In this document: positions 1 through 13,664 of the stretch, piece by piece | Layout: each line of letters starts with the position of its first letter | Numbering within the stretch: position 1 is the first letter of the stretch | DNA from: Bugula neritina | Taxonomy: Eukaryota; Animalia; Bryozoa | Direction: 5' to 3' | Assembly: GCA_964035545.1 (NCBI GenBank) | Contig: OZ037765.1 | Span: 4,474,698-4,538,697, forward strand | DNA length: 64,000 nt | The notes under the pieces: generated by a model | Told to the model about the DNA's origin: nothing | Database searches by the model: none | Seen by the model: the letters and a program-made list of their open reading frames with translations, nothing else | Position numbers and translations under genes: made by a program

Positions 1-277
1 ATACAGTTTGTATTGTACATGTGTGGTATATAACATTTATATGAAAATAATTACACATTATATAAACATAGATATAACACATGTTATACAGTTGTACAGC
101 TTCACCAAAACTGTGTGAGCTTTAAACATGCTATACAAGTTGTCTTCTCATGAAAACACATTGGCATTTTTAAACATTATTTTAGTCTAACAAATTTTTA
201 ACTATTCCACATTTTTTAGATTCCTAAGCCCAAGTACTGATGATATTTTTCACTAGAGATATATATATATAACCTAC

Positions 278-3200
278 TAGATTGAGCTCATCCAACTTCT
301 GTGGGTTGTGAACCTGGTGCTTCAGCTTTGTATTCTCTCGGATTAGATTCTCTACCAGCTGTTTGGAGGAAGATGGCAGATGATCTTCATCAAATGACTG
401 GTTCGGAGGACTCCTGATCTCTTTCTCGCCCTCCCCACCCCCTTCCCCAGTGCTATTCAGTGTAGCAGACACAGCTACAATACATCACAGTTACAGTGCA
501 TTCTGATTGGGCCATTCACTTGCTGATTAAAAATGATTGCAAATTTGAAAACAGAAATTTCCTATAAAACTGTCTGTTAGATTGAGTAGAGGCAATACAG
601 TATTACACAAAACTTTATTTTTATTTTATTAGCTGAATTATAAGTGTAAGAATTTTCATCAGTTTCAGCTTCATTAAGAGTTAGAATATGAATATTTTTA
701 TCCAATTTTTATTACAATTTCTAATCAATTCAAAGGTATAGGATTTATTTTGGCTAAAGGTAATTTTACTAATCAAAGTAATGAAGAATATATCATTTTA
801 TTTCTGCCGGGGCAAAACAGATCAGAATATTTGCATATCAAATATAAGAAAATTGAGAGACAAAACTACTGTTTAAAATATGAACAGTATGTACATACCA
901 GCAGAGTAAGTTAGGTGTACATTTCAACACATTATGTCATTTTTGGTGAAGTTTACCGACTCCTAAGTCACACCTGTCTGAAGAAATAGCTTACCTGATT
1001 TTTGTATTTTAATGTTTAAACTATCAATTGTTTTTTCAAGCTGTAAGTTTTTATCTCTTAGTATTTTGTTCTCAGCTCTGCACTCATGAAGAAGTTTAGA
1101 TACTGTCTGTAGACCGTCATTTCTAAGTCTAAAATTTGTTTAATAAATCATAGAGTGAAATTTCCCGTAAGATTAGCAATGAATAAAACATCTGAAATTA
1201 TAAACTGAATTCAAACTGCTGAAGTTGCTATTTAAAAGAAATGGTTTTTATATAAAACATTATATTAAGGCACCTGAACACTGATAATAGTTTAATAGTG
1301 TCAACATGAATAATATTATATTAAGACACTTGAATGCTGATAATAGTTTATTACTCAAGACAACAGAGAAATTTACTAGTATTCCTGATAGAAACTACAC
1401 CACACTGCTACTCTTTGGTATCAACTCCGTGCACCTGGTTTTCAACTACTACCCAAGTTTATTTTATCACTGATTAACAGTAGTGAAGAAATTTTAATGA
1501 TCTAACTTCCTTAATTGTTTAACATTTTGGTTTAGGAAACACATAAATTTGTTGTTAAATTTCTAATCTAGAAAACAAGCTTTTCCTAATTTCTCCATTA
1601 CTGCACTTACCTTGAGAGGTTATGGTTGATAGTAAACGCATTCAACATGAAATCTAATTAATCCAACTTTAACAGTGAGCATGTCTTATCCAATAGCTTA
1701 CTTTTCACTTTGATATGAATTGGGAATACAACAGATAAATATTCAGACAGATAAGCAGACGTTACCTGTTGGGTTCTGTACCTAGAAGCATCAGAGTCTC
1801 AAACTGGTTGTCAGAAAGACTACTCATAACAGAAAGGGAATGGCAGCAGAAGGCAGCGTAGAAACAGGGTCAGAGTGGCAGCTTAGATAGGAGTGTAGAG
1901 TGACAGCGTAACAACTTGTAGCAGATAGGCAAACCAACAGTTGAATGAAAAATCCTGATGCAATGCCAAGATGCGAAGATAATGAAACAGCAATCAAGCT
2001 GTTTTATATCTCTAGCCGTGAGATATAGAGAGAGCCCTCCATTAATAATACATATGCAGCTATATCAGTCGTCAAATGAATTGATATTAGCTGCTGCTGC
2101 AGCATAAGCAGTCTATAAGGTCTATGAGTCTATAAGGTCTAATGCTTACACGTGACTGGCCAATATAAACAACGCGAGACATCAATGGAAGCATACAATA
2201 GCCGATGATTGTCAACAATGAACATCTAGCATAACAGTTGTTGTTAGCATTCGTGAAACCTAACATATGATTATTATGCAAGATATCGATATTCTTCTGT
2301 TTGTACAATTGATACTATGATGCATAACAACCCCTTATATATTTGTTAGTCACAGTCGTAAGGAGTTGTGCACATTTATCATGGGAAGACAACTTTCTCT
2401 ACTAATTATTTTCAATAAGGCCAGATGTAGCACATGTAGCGCAAAGCATAAATAGTCTGCTGGTTTAAAGAGTTATAAATATTAAGGGAAACTAGAATAA
2501 ATATGACCAGGAGAATTTCCCTTAACTAGTGTATGTACTTCTGTAGATCTGTCTGATGCAAAACCTTAAAATTCATTTAATTTTGTGTCAGAAAATGAAT
2601 TTCAATTTACTTTTTTTATTTACTGCAACTTTCTTTAGTATAATATAATAAAATTCTAATAGACCATTTAAATATATAGCAACATAAGTTTTATTTGAAA
2701 ATTTAATATTTTGAAAATAATTATTCAAAACTATCTTTCACCAGTACAAAATCATAATCAATTGGAGAAGTAGGTGTAGTAGTGGAGAACTTGAGAAATG
2801 AGAAATGTAGCAAGAGATGCTGTCAACTCAACATCATGACCTTTTGTCCCTCTGAGTGAAAAGGTCATGATATTCTCTGGCACAGAAAACAGTAATATTT
2901 TTGCACCAATATAATATTTGATGCCTGGATGCCAGCAGCAGCTATAAGCAGCTATAAATAGCAAACTGCAGTTATAGTGTATTAAATGTATAGTTATTAT
3001 GCAACTATAAGCAATGTTTACTGAATCAATAAGATATAAATAAAGCAAACTTCCCGAGCTGCTAAGCCATGCACTGTTACCACAGGGGGCTGCAAACTGT
3101 AGGGAATTGATGGAGAAGCTGGTGTGTCACGTGACCGAAGCCACTGCAGCAGTAGTTGCCACTTAAACAATGTCAAACATCACGAGTAGTATCACTAGTA

Positions 3201-4956
3201 CCTTGTAAAACAATTATCTAGATTACAGGCCAGAGAGAAGCTTCGATAGGCAGTCATATCATAAACTATAGAGATGTTTTCACTTAGTTTGGGTTTCTGA
3301 TTACAAGGATATTGCAGGGTATGGTTTCTCTTAGCACAATAGTTCAATAACACTTAAGCCATAAGAACTCAGGCTTCCCAAAGACCCTGAGTGAGTGGTC
3401 AGTGCTGGTAGAGTGAGGAAAATTAATGAGTTTTACGCTTTGCCCATACAGAGTATTTATACACAGTAGTATGAATTATAACTTGTGAAATAGACTCAGC
3501 ATACTATAGAGTATAGAGTATAGAGTATAGACTATAGAGTATAGACTGTATAGAGTATAGACTGTATAGAGTATAGACTATAGAGTATAGACTATAGAGT
3601 ATAGACTGTATAGAGTATAGACTGTATAGAGTATATACTGTATAGAGTATATACTGTATAGAGTATAGAGCATATAGAGTATAGAGTATAGACTATAGAG
3701 TATAGACTGTATAGAGTATAGAACGGACACATGTAAATACCACATTAAATCCTCACCCATCTCTGTTCTGTTCAGGTAGCAGCAGCTACTACACCAATTA
3801 CTAGCAGTGTATTGTCCTGGCAGTAAGAATTCAGGTCTGTAGAAGCTTATTAAGCACTCTCGGAATTTCAAATATGAAAGAATGCTGCTGGTAAGTGAGG
3901 TATAGTGTATGGAGGAGAGGAGAATGAGATGACAGTAGAGATAAATACACTGCTCGGTGATATGCTGTGGTAGAGAAGGGAGTTGGAAGCATAGAAGGAA
4001 GTAATTATTAATTATTGTTGGACATTTTTAATTATCTACCAAGGATGAGCTTTTTGTCTTTAAATTCCCTATGAAGAGGCAGATACAACAATAGAGCAAG
4101 TTCTACAGGTTTGTAGCATGAATTATTGTCTGGTGATGAAGTGAAACCTGAAGCCATTAAACAAAAAAGTTATAAACCCAAGCTAAGCAAAAATCAGCAT
4201 ACCTGCATAGATAGCCTCTCTCATTGAAAGACTGAAAACACCAAAGATAATCAAATAACCAACCAGGAATAAGAAAGAGCTGCTCAGAAGAGATCAACAG
4301 AAACCCGTTACAATGCATTTCTATACCTTATAGAAAGGAACTTCAAGCATCTCATCAAACTTTAAAAATTGACAAGAAAACAAGGCTATGAATTACTTTA
4401 AAAACCATTCTGTCTCTGTATGCATGTTTAACTTGAGAAAAAACTTCAAAAGACATTTCCCAACTACTGTTTCACACAGACAAGCTAATAATGGATGTAA
4501 CCCGTGTAAGGAATATTGACCATCTTCACGTTCTTGAATATGATACAACTGAAAACTATACAACATGAAGTTTCTATTTATGAAATTCTGCAGGAAAAGC
4601 ATCAGGTACAGACCAAAGTTTGCCACTAATTAGTGAACTAAGTGTGAGGGGGTCATTGAAAAAACTATAAAGAAATGAGCATAGATACTTTTATTTACTG
4701 TTTGACTTGTGGGCAGTTGCTCGAACTCCTTACTTATCCACTTTAATTCCAACACTTTACACTAAAAACTTACCTATTGGAATAAGCCTCATAAGTGTGA
4801 TATTATTATTATTTCCAAAAGACTAATTGTAAAAGAAGAAGTATTAGTATTACTCTACCTTTCTCTAATGTCTGTACGGGAGTAGGTGTCTTCACTCACT
4901 GAATCTAAGGCTGGATTAGCCTGAGGTTCAAAGCTGACATTCAATGTCCCACTCAT
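278..4956 (-). CDS. Uncharacterised coiled-coil protein, multi-exon, 3' end probably outside the window
   Basis: Phase-compatible GT-AG exons: 278-474, 995-1128, 1766-1819 (or to ATG at 1827), and a candidate ATG exon 4859-4956. Spliced: MSGTLNVSFEPQ...RESLSDNQFETLMLLGTEPNRLRNDGLQTVSKLLHECRAENKILRDKNLQLEKTIDSLNIKIQKSAVSATLNS...LVENLIRENTKLKHQV. Heptad-like segments are present. The two internal exons are solid; the 5' end is uncertain. Confidence 0.65.
3505..3721. repeat. Compound minisatellite (TATAGAG / TATAGAC / TATAGACTG units)
   Basis: Tandem 7- and 9-bp units visible directly. Confidence 0.95.
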
Positions 4957-7336
4957 CTGCAGAAGGAATAAAAGTAAACATTACCTGAGATGTTGAAATG
5001 CGTGAATAATCCGTCTCTTTCCTTTCTCCATCTAACAGAGAGCCATGGAGAGAATATAGACCACGTGGTGAATGTCATGACTCAGATCATTTTACAGGCT
5101 GTGGCCAGCAGAGTGTACAGTTGTTAAATACCGGAGGGGAAAAGATCAATTGCGAACTTGAGGACGAAAGGAGTTAGTCACTGAGAAGCATTGCGATGTA
5201 GAGTAATAAACTTTATTGGCTGCACAGAGTTATGATTGTGACTCTACATATTATAATATACTGGGCATGCTAAGTAGGCAGCTGAATAGAGCTCATTAGC
5301 TGGGATATCGCTGTGTGTGTGATCAAATGCCAATCACCGGTGAACTAGCATTTCATTGGTGGACGTAGTAGTATAGCAGACTACAGATGCCGGAGATACA
5401 ACAATAAATATAAATAATAAACAGCATTTACTGCCAATCAGCTATATTCAATTAAACAATAGCCAATAGAAAAGCCTGTAGGAGTTTTAAGGTTGAAGCT
5501 GCAATTGAAATAATGACCTTATTTTAACAACTTATAAGATACTATAATTATATATAAATACATGTCTAGAGCAGCTTGAAACTGTTACTAACTTCCCAGG
5601 CGATTGTGTTACTCCTGCCTGGTGCCTTTTATTTCAATTTTATTCGGCTTGATTGTAAATGCATTAACCTAGTACGCTCTTTCTTGCAGTTGTGAACATT
5701 TTAATACGTATACATGTTACAACTTATATATATATTATCATGGGGCAGGCATCATGACAAAACAACTGAAAAATTTTGTCCAAAAGTTCAATAAAACGAA
5801 AACAAAAATTTTCTAAAAATTTTTTTTTATCAAACGAGAAAGTTTTGTTATTTAATACTTCTACAATGTATAATCTTGACTAGGAGTCATTGATCTTAAT
5901 AATGGAATGACTGAAATTTTGTATGTTTTACTGCTAAGATAGCTAAAATACTATTACATGTATTGTCTAAATAAACTCATCGAACTAATGCCTAAGAATG
6001 ATGCAAATGTCACTAAGAAACACCCTGCACTACAAGTCAGTAGGAGCATGTGTGTTGACAGGCAGAGCTGAGTGTCCTAACCTCTTGCTAATCCCTCTAG
6101 GGGAGAGTCAATATTGCTTTAGTAAAAGTTAGAAACGGACAAATATATAAATATATTTAGGAAAAAATCAATATCAAGCCCCAATGTAAATTAACTTGAT
6201 ATGTAAATGAGTAAGAAAGTAGCTTATTATGGGGAAAGCTTTACTTAATCACCAATGTGAAGTCATTACCACTACTTTATAGAAAGTAGCAAGATTTTAG
6301 TTTGTAAGGACCTCTAGTGGCTAGACGAGGGACTCTCATGAAGAGAGAAGGTAGTTAATAGTTGTGCAAATAAATCATTAGAAGAGCTGCTCCGTCAAAT
6401 GCTCCAATGGAAACTCTATACACAGGAGAAGATAAAGCACAAATAATTTTGTTTATAAACTTTTTTTCCTAAATGAAATTACAGTTAGGTATGGTTTACA
6501 AAAATATACTTTTATAGTATTGATGCAAATTTTTAATTGTGAAAATTAAGAAAAGTACAAGTATTTGGTAGAATGTGAGTGGGGAGTACTTGGTGGCAAT
6601 ATGGCAAGTAGTAATATGACATGTTTCGGCAAGTGGCTATGCAAATTAGCTGTCTGACTAGACTTGTTCAGACTTAAAACTAATCCACAAAACAAACTGT
6701 GCTTCTTATTTCAACATTTTGTTGAGATCAAATTTAATTCCCTATGCAATTTCTACACATTATAGCCAGCTAGTGTCAATAATCAAATTTACATAAAATA
6801 CCAAAAGTAATGAGTTTTTACATATTTTAAAAGTGCAATATAGTTTCCTTGAAATTTAAACAAAATCAATGGCCCTAATTAGTGGCAAGATTATAAAACA
6901 CCCGCATTTGAAAGAGTGTCATACTTTTCAACTTGATATTGGAAAATGTACAATTAAAGTTGTTAGCAGATAGCCAGCTTGAACAATAAATTCAAAGTGT
7001 CAATTGATTAATATAAGCTATTTTACTGCAAGCTTCTTTAGTTTAAATAGCAATTTCTCACAAGCTTTGCTATAAGCTATGACCAGGTGCATTTAGGCTG
7101 CAGTATAGGTTTAACTAAAGTAAGCACGTCCTATTAATTTCCATTTAAATAATGATGAAAGGCAAGTTAATTAACAACAGGTTAACTAATTAGGTTAATG
7201 TTATTGTGCGAATTGGGGTTTTAAAAGAAGAAGATAACTCCGAAAAACTTTTATAAGGGCATACTAAATAATTTAGTTTTAAACTATAAGTGTTATCAGT
7301 AATGTATATTAGAGTTTTGAAATTATAAATTTCTAA

Positions 7337-7514
7337 GAGCTCACTTCACACTACACCTGTCTGATAGTCAAAAATGCCTACTTGATCATATAGGTCAAAG
7401 GGGTCCTGATGTAGTGTGTAGTGTCATATGTAATGCAATGGGTCCTGGTATAGTGTGGAATATAGTACGCAGTGAGTAGTGTAGAGTGTAGAATGGTGTA
7501 GTGGCTGTGGGCTC
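7337..7514. mobile_element. Small degenerate MITE, PIF/Harbinger (Tourist)-like
   Basis: Left GAGCTCACTTCACACTACACC matches the reverse complement of the right end GGTGTAGTGGCTGTGGGCTC imperfectly; flanks are TAA and TTA. Confidence 0.5.
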
Positions 7515-7667
7515 TTAGCAAGCTCACTATTCAGCTTTTTTTAGATTAATCAGGTATTTCAGTAGAAAATCCTACAGCTGAAAACTTGCTTCACTAGTAA
7601 GCATGTAGGTGCTGTACTAATATTTTTACTTTATTTAAATGTATTTTAAATTTAAGTGAATTTGTAC

Positions 7668-8595
7668 GGTTTCATCCCAGATAGACACTTCCCAGTTAGA
7701 CGCTATGTTTTATTTTGGTGCAATATATATCATCATATATTTATGTTAGTATATATACATATATAACTGTTGTATTGATTGCTAAACACGAAATACTAGT
7801 TAATATGAATTATCTGGAATAATATTCCAATTTTCACGAATTTGTGTGGGAAAACAAACAAGAACATATTAATAATAGACATTATCTTTAATGAGTACTT
7901 CTTATGGAAATATTATTTTTTTAAACAACAAGAAGTATAGAAAATACAAAACTAATAAGTTAATGCAGATCAAAGGAATTTATTTACGTGCTAAATAGCG
8001 AACACTTGATTTAAATTTATTTAAATATATATATATTTCAACAACATTTAAATAAATTGCACATACAATACATATAATTGGTGTCATCACACTTAGATGA
8101 TTCCCACTTGAACGATTTTTATAGATTCTAGTGTAATATATGTATTTTACGCTATCTTTTAGCACATAATAGAAAGCAAAGAAGTCACCAGCAAGCCACT
8201 TACAGTAACAATGCTTCTATTATAAGAAGCCATCTTGCACAAACCTTAAACTTAAAGGTAAAAGATAGACAAAATATAATAAGAAAAATTTGTAATATAT
8301 TGCAGTATGTGATATACCATGAAATGCATTTGTGCATTTTATTCTGTTATTTTGAATAAAATAAACTGTAGCTAAATTAGTATTGAGTTAAAGCAAATAG
8401 CTGGCTTGGTAGCTTATTTTATGTTTAGCAGTAAATGCAACAGTTATATTTGTATATTACTATATAATATATTGTACCAAAATAAAAAAATCGTCTAAGT
8501 GGGATGAAACCATATAAAAAATAAATAGCATCTAGCTGGGAAGTGTCTATGTGGGAAATGAGAAATTCAGCCTAGCGTTCAACTGGGATGATACC
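7668..8595. mobile_element. Non-autonomous TIR DNA transposon (Mutator-like or hAT) with 8-bp TSD
   Basis: TIR GGTTTCATCCCAG ... CTGGGATGATACC. Longer subterminal inverted homology between 7668-7730 and 8465-8560. Exact direct repeat ATTTGTAC at 7660-7667 and 8596-8603. No transposase ORF. Confidence 0.85.
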
Positions 8596-9014
8596 ATTTG
8601 TACATACTTGTTATCTAAATTTGTATAATTGGCCTGGTCAGAAATTTGCAAGCCCATTTAAATTGACACCAATCTACTTAGACCATCATGTTTAGTTACA
8701 TTTTCCTCCCATATCTTTTTGTCCAAGCTCTGAGACAACGAGTTAAAAAATACTTACAGTCTTTGTAGCATGAAAAGTTGTCTGAGTTTGAAATAAAGTA
8801 AGACATTCTAACCCCACATACCAAACTGAAAATTATAAACTTAAGCTAAGCAAAAATTTACATATAATAATCAAATATTATTTTTACACTTAACAAGACG
8901 GAAGGCATTGACAGTCTTAAATGAAACTAAATACTTTCAACTTTCAATCAAATTAACTTTCAAAGTTCTATTTTTACTTTTGTTTTTGAATCAACCTGAA
9001 TCTATAACTGTTGG

Positions 9015-9410
9015 TATTAGTATTAGTATTACTATTAGTATTACTCTACCAGCATAAGTATTACTAATAGTAATAGTAATACTAATACTAATAGTAATAG
9101 TAATACTAATAGTAATACTATTGGGCTGATTGGACATTAGTATAGTTAAAATTATGAGACTTTATGAGTATGAATAATACAAGTATAATTTAAATTATAA
9201 TAATTTATTAATAATAACTTATAATATCATTATTATAATCATAATTATACTGATTAAATTAAAATTTAATGATATTATAACATTAATCATAAGGATAATA
9301 TAAATGTTGATGAAAATCATAATGATAATCATAATCAGTGATAATCATAATGATAATGTCAATGATATTGAATTTTAAATTTAATGACTCAATTACATAC
9401 TCATAGCATG
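9015..9410. other. Cryptic 6-bp-periodic low-complexity tract upstream of the MADF-BESS start
   Basis: ATTAGT/ATTACT/AATAGT/AATACT, then GATAAT/CATAAT hexamers. Confidence 0.75.
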
Positions 9411-9924
9411 AGCCTGAAGGCTTTTAACATAATTTAAACTCTAACCTAAAAATACCTTCAACGAAATTTACAGAGATAAATATCAGTTCCTGTTAATAAT
9501 AAATATCATCATCACATTTCATTTTGATTAGTTGATTTTAAATGTAATACTCAGTTAACTGGGAAGACAAATTTACTGATCAGTCCATAAAATAGTTTGG
9601 GAACACAACTTAGTTGCAACATAAATAAAGGATTTTAAAGCCATGTCCTATAAGTTGTCTTACAAAGAACAACTAAACTCTCGGGCGATTTTGTCCTTTC
9701 GAATGTCATAAGTACCGAGTCAATTTCCTCCAATTTATAATGTTTTCCGTCAGACTGATTCAAAAATCGTAATCTACTAGACCTAGTAGTCGTGCTGTAC
9801 TAGTACTTGGCAGTCTAACTAAATTTAATTCCAATATACAAACATTACATTGTGCTCCGTTGTAATCTTAATCAGCAGTTAGCATAAGTTTATACTAGCG
9901 TTTGCCTTGGTCATTAGTACCATT

Positions 9925-12875
9925 ATGGCTAGTGGGTTTAATACAGCATTAATGGAACAAATACGACAGTACCCGGAATTATATGACAAATCAAATACTC
10001 TGTTCAAAGACAAAGATGCCAAGTATCAAGCATGGAAAAATGTTAGTCAACAAGTTGTTTATTTTAATACAGTACATATTCATAGTGCCTTTATCATCAT
10101 CATTATAGCTGTTATTTAATGTAAATGTAAATCACTTATAGTGATAGTGATACTCATACTCATAGTGATAGTCATACTGAGAGTGATACTAATACTAATA
10201 GTAATATTAATAAGTAATACTAATAGCGTAGTCTTATGCATATCAAATTCAATTTCAATTTGTATCTTTGACTTTAAAAATGAGTAATTGCCTAATTGGT
10301 AATTACTAAATTAGCATTACTATTAGTAGCCTATTAGTATTATAATTATTAGTAGTAGTTGCGGAAGTCAATCATCAATGTCAACTACTAGTAGTATATG
10401 TGAGAGTGATAGTACTAGTAATAGTAGTAGCCTTATGTATCAGTAGGGAGTAGCCGGGGGTCTAGAGGTTAGAGTCAGAGTGTTTGCCTAGTAAACACGA
10501 AGTCATGGGTTCGAACTCTAGTAAAGGCCATTGGTGATATTAGGAAGAGCATCCAGTTATAATTGCTCCTGTCTCTCATCTGAATAAGTCCTTAGACCAC
10601 TTTAACAAAAACTCTTTTCATCAGGGTTTCTCACAGGGATAGTGACTATAAACTTTCTTGAGTTGAGATTTTATGTATCAGTGTTGGGCTTGGTATTGGC
10701 TATTGGTAATTGATTTTTCAAACCTACTATTTATGATCATAATTTTATCAACGTGGCTTTTGTTCATTTATCTCTGTTTAGATGTGAGATTCATATTATA
10801 TGAGTGAGTCTAATAGTAATAATGAATTATGATAAATTTGATCACAGTTTAATTTTATGTAGTCATTGCTTATTGCTTATCGAATTTTAAATAATTAAAT
10901 ATTGTAAATATAGCATAACTTGTTATGTAAACTTGAATTTTTATGATTTTAAGATTAAATTATCTTGAATTAAGTTATATAACTCAAGCAGTACAAGTTA
11001 AATTTTAACTGCAGGCATACCAGTGCTATGATGCCTATTAGTATTATAGCTATACATATTTGACCAATATGATAAATGTAAAATATAGTTATTGTCATAA
11101 TTTAATACCATTCATGCTATATAATTTAAATGCTCATGCTGGTGTGATTTATTTTAATTATTAGTTGATCAATATAAAATGTATACAATTGTTATCATTG
11201 GTGGCAAACTCTTGCACTCCCATAATAATTGGGCAAAATAACAATGATAACTTTATTTGATTTATTGAGTATGTTTATATATGTTTTATTCATATTATTT
11301 TTGTATTCAAACCTGAGCTTGCCATTTTCTAAGGCTAATATTATCTCTGAACAGGCCATAATTATTGCTGTCTGTGTTGAAGTATACTGCCAAGTAATAT
11401 AATGTTCAGTAATTTTTTGCATAGCCAAAAATGCTGTTTAAATTATCGTATTTTTTTCTCATTTTTTTGTAAAGTATGATTAATACACGATTGATAGATC
11501 TACTGCACAGAAAATATTATTGTCTTTTATTTTCAGTGGTTTGTCCTCATTTATGTTGTAATTAATTTTATGATATTCCAAACCTATATTAATATATATT
11601 AATATTAATATATTAATATATTAATTATGTTTATTGCGATTTTAGCTGAGTTTTACTTGTTGCAGATAGCCACTGTCCTAGGCACAACAGAAGACTTCGC
11701 CAAAACTAGGTATAATACAATTCGCACTAGACTAACAAAGTATCTGGGAAAACTAAAGTCACATCATGGTTCTGTGGCTGCAGGAACTGCAAAACCCAGC
11801 TTTGAATCTCTACGGTGGCTTTATCCTCATATAGAACACAGGTACACCGACTTTTGCTGCATGAAATGGATATAAATTTCTACTTATGAGTTTTTCATTT
11901 GCTCTGTAAGAGCTGAAGATTCATTATTATATATGAAAAATTATGTTTCTGTAACCTAAATTATGTAATACCCAATATATGTTTATATATAACACTTGTA
12001 ACATTATAATTCTCTGGCTTGCCAATTTCTCAAGTTTAATGCTACATTGTTTTAATTATATACTATAACTATTGTGTGAAATAGACATGTAGGGAAAAGA
12101 CCGTCAGAAAATGGAGAATTGAATAATGAAGTGGTGGAGTCAGATAATGAAACCAATTCAATAGTAGCAGCCATGGCTTCAAAATTAGCACAAAAAGACA
12201 AAAAATTGAAAAAAGAGCTGGTAAATGCAGACTCACATATATTACTATTATTTATATCAAATCTGATATAGAGTTCTATTTGTTTTTTTAAATTGTTTTT
12301 ATAAATTTTTATTGATGTGGTAGACCAATGAGAGCAGCATTATATCATTACTAGTTGCTAGAAGCTTCTAGTTTTTTGATTGAAGTCACATGAAGTAAAG
12401 TATTAAGCAATGAAATTCTGTTGGCAATACTGCCTTACCAGTATTTTTATTTATTTCCGTTTGTTTTACTTGCTTGCAGCTAGACTGTCACTCCCTCCTA
12501 AGACTGATGTCTGATGCTAGCAGGCCTGCCAGAGACCCTGACTATGCATTCTGCCTGAGCTTAGTGCCAAAGCTAGCTCAGTTGAATGAAGACCAGAAAG
12601 AAGTGGCTCAAATAGAAATTTTAAAACTGTTGCGAGATCTGCGCACCAACACTAGTACAGACACTGTGATATCTATTGAACCCTGCTTTGAGACATCACA
12701 GCCGGTTTTTCCTTCTCCACAATCTAAACATTTTCCACCTTCTCACCCCTCCCAGAATTCGGCATCTTATCCACCCCTATCTGCTTCATCTCATTCATCC
12801 CTGTCTACCTCATCTCATCCACCCCTCTCTGCACCACCTCAGTTTCCTCTTCCTACGAATTTTAAACTTGAATAA
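9925..12875 (+). CDS. MADF (Myb/SANT-like) and BESS domain protein, Adf-1/Dip3-like architecture, ~274 aa
   Basis: Exons 9925-10041, 11666-11841, 12085-12220, 12480-12875, all GT-AG and in phase. MADF: LMEQIRQYPELYDKS..FKDKDAKYQAWKNIATVLG..KTRYNTIRTR. BESS: DPDYAFCLSLVPKLAQLNEDQKEVAQIEILKLL. Pro/Ser-rich tail. Confidence 0.9.
10130..10430. other. Cryptic 6-bp-periodic tract in MADF-BESS intron 1
   Basis: GATAGT GATACT CATACT CATAGT GATAGT CATACT GAGAGT GATACT AATACT AATAGT. Confidence 0.75.
10445..10670 (+). mobile_element. tRNA-derived SINE, full length
   Basis: tRNA-like head with B-box GGTTCGAACTC. 12-bp TSD TTATGTATCAGT at 10433-10444 and 10671-10682. Homologous to 38965-39183 and 21479-21559. 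Confidence 0.9.
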
Positions 12876-13664
12876 CCTAACCACCATTGGTATTTTTGCA
12901 ATGTCTCCAAAGTCTGGTACTTTAGCAAATGTTTGGAAGTTTTATATGTTTATTTGTTACATTTTGTGGTCATTATTTGTTTAAAGTTACATTAAAGTAT
13001 TAAAGCTATTAGTGGTTATTTTTGTCAACTTCATGGCTACAATTTTTTATAATTCTTGAAACCATGGGATTTTGTTGTATGAATTATCAGGCTATACCCG
13101 GTGCTAAAATCATTAAGGATTGTACATTACTCATTAGAAACTATGACCTTTTTTGTTTATTGCAACATGCAATCTCAAAAAAGCACACATGTAGATGTAT
13201 TCCACTGTTGAAGACTCATACTGTATGTATGTACATATTTTTATTTTCAATAAATTACATAAATTTGTTAACTGCAGTGGTATAGTATTTTTATATTTTT
13301 TCGGTTTTGATACAACAAAATCATTCAAATTTTTAAAAAAATTACCAATCTACTGCATAAATATGATATATATGTACACACGCTACTTATTACCACAATA
13401 ATAATTTTATGTGAAACATTGAATGAAAGACAAAATTATACAAAACATATACAGCACAATTATACATCTAGCATTTTAATAACGTAAAGTGAAAAAGAAT
13501 TTGAATCACCAATAGCCTCTTTCATTTCCTACAGAGATTTGACTAAGTAAATTAAGAACCAAGAACTTGTAAAATTGAATATTGTTGTGAAGGCTACCAG
13601 CACTTGGCTATTAACAATCACTAAAGAAGTCGATGTCTGGCTACAGTGGAGGTCAATGCACGAA

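Noticed and set aside
4110-8865. Similar ~90-bp segments at ~4110-4200 and ~8762-8865
   Set aside because: Probably fragments of an old dispersed repeat; no termini or TSD could be defined.
10445-10530. Possible tRNA gene
   Set aside because: It is the head of a SINE, with a shared downstream body and TSDs.
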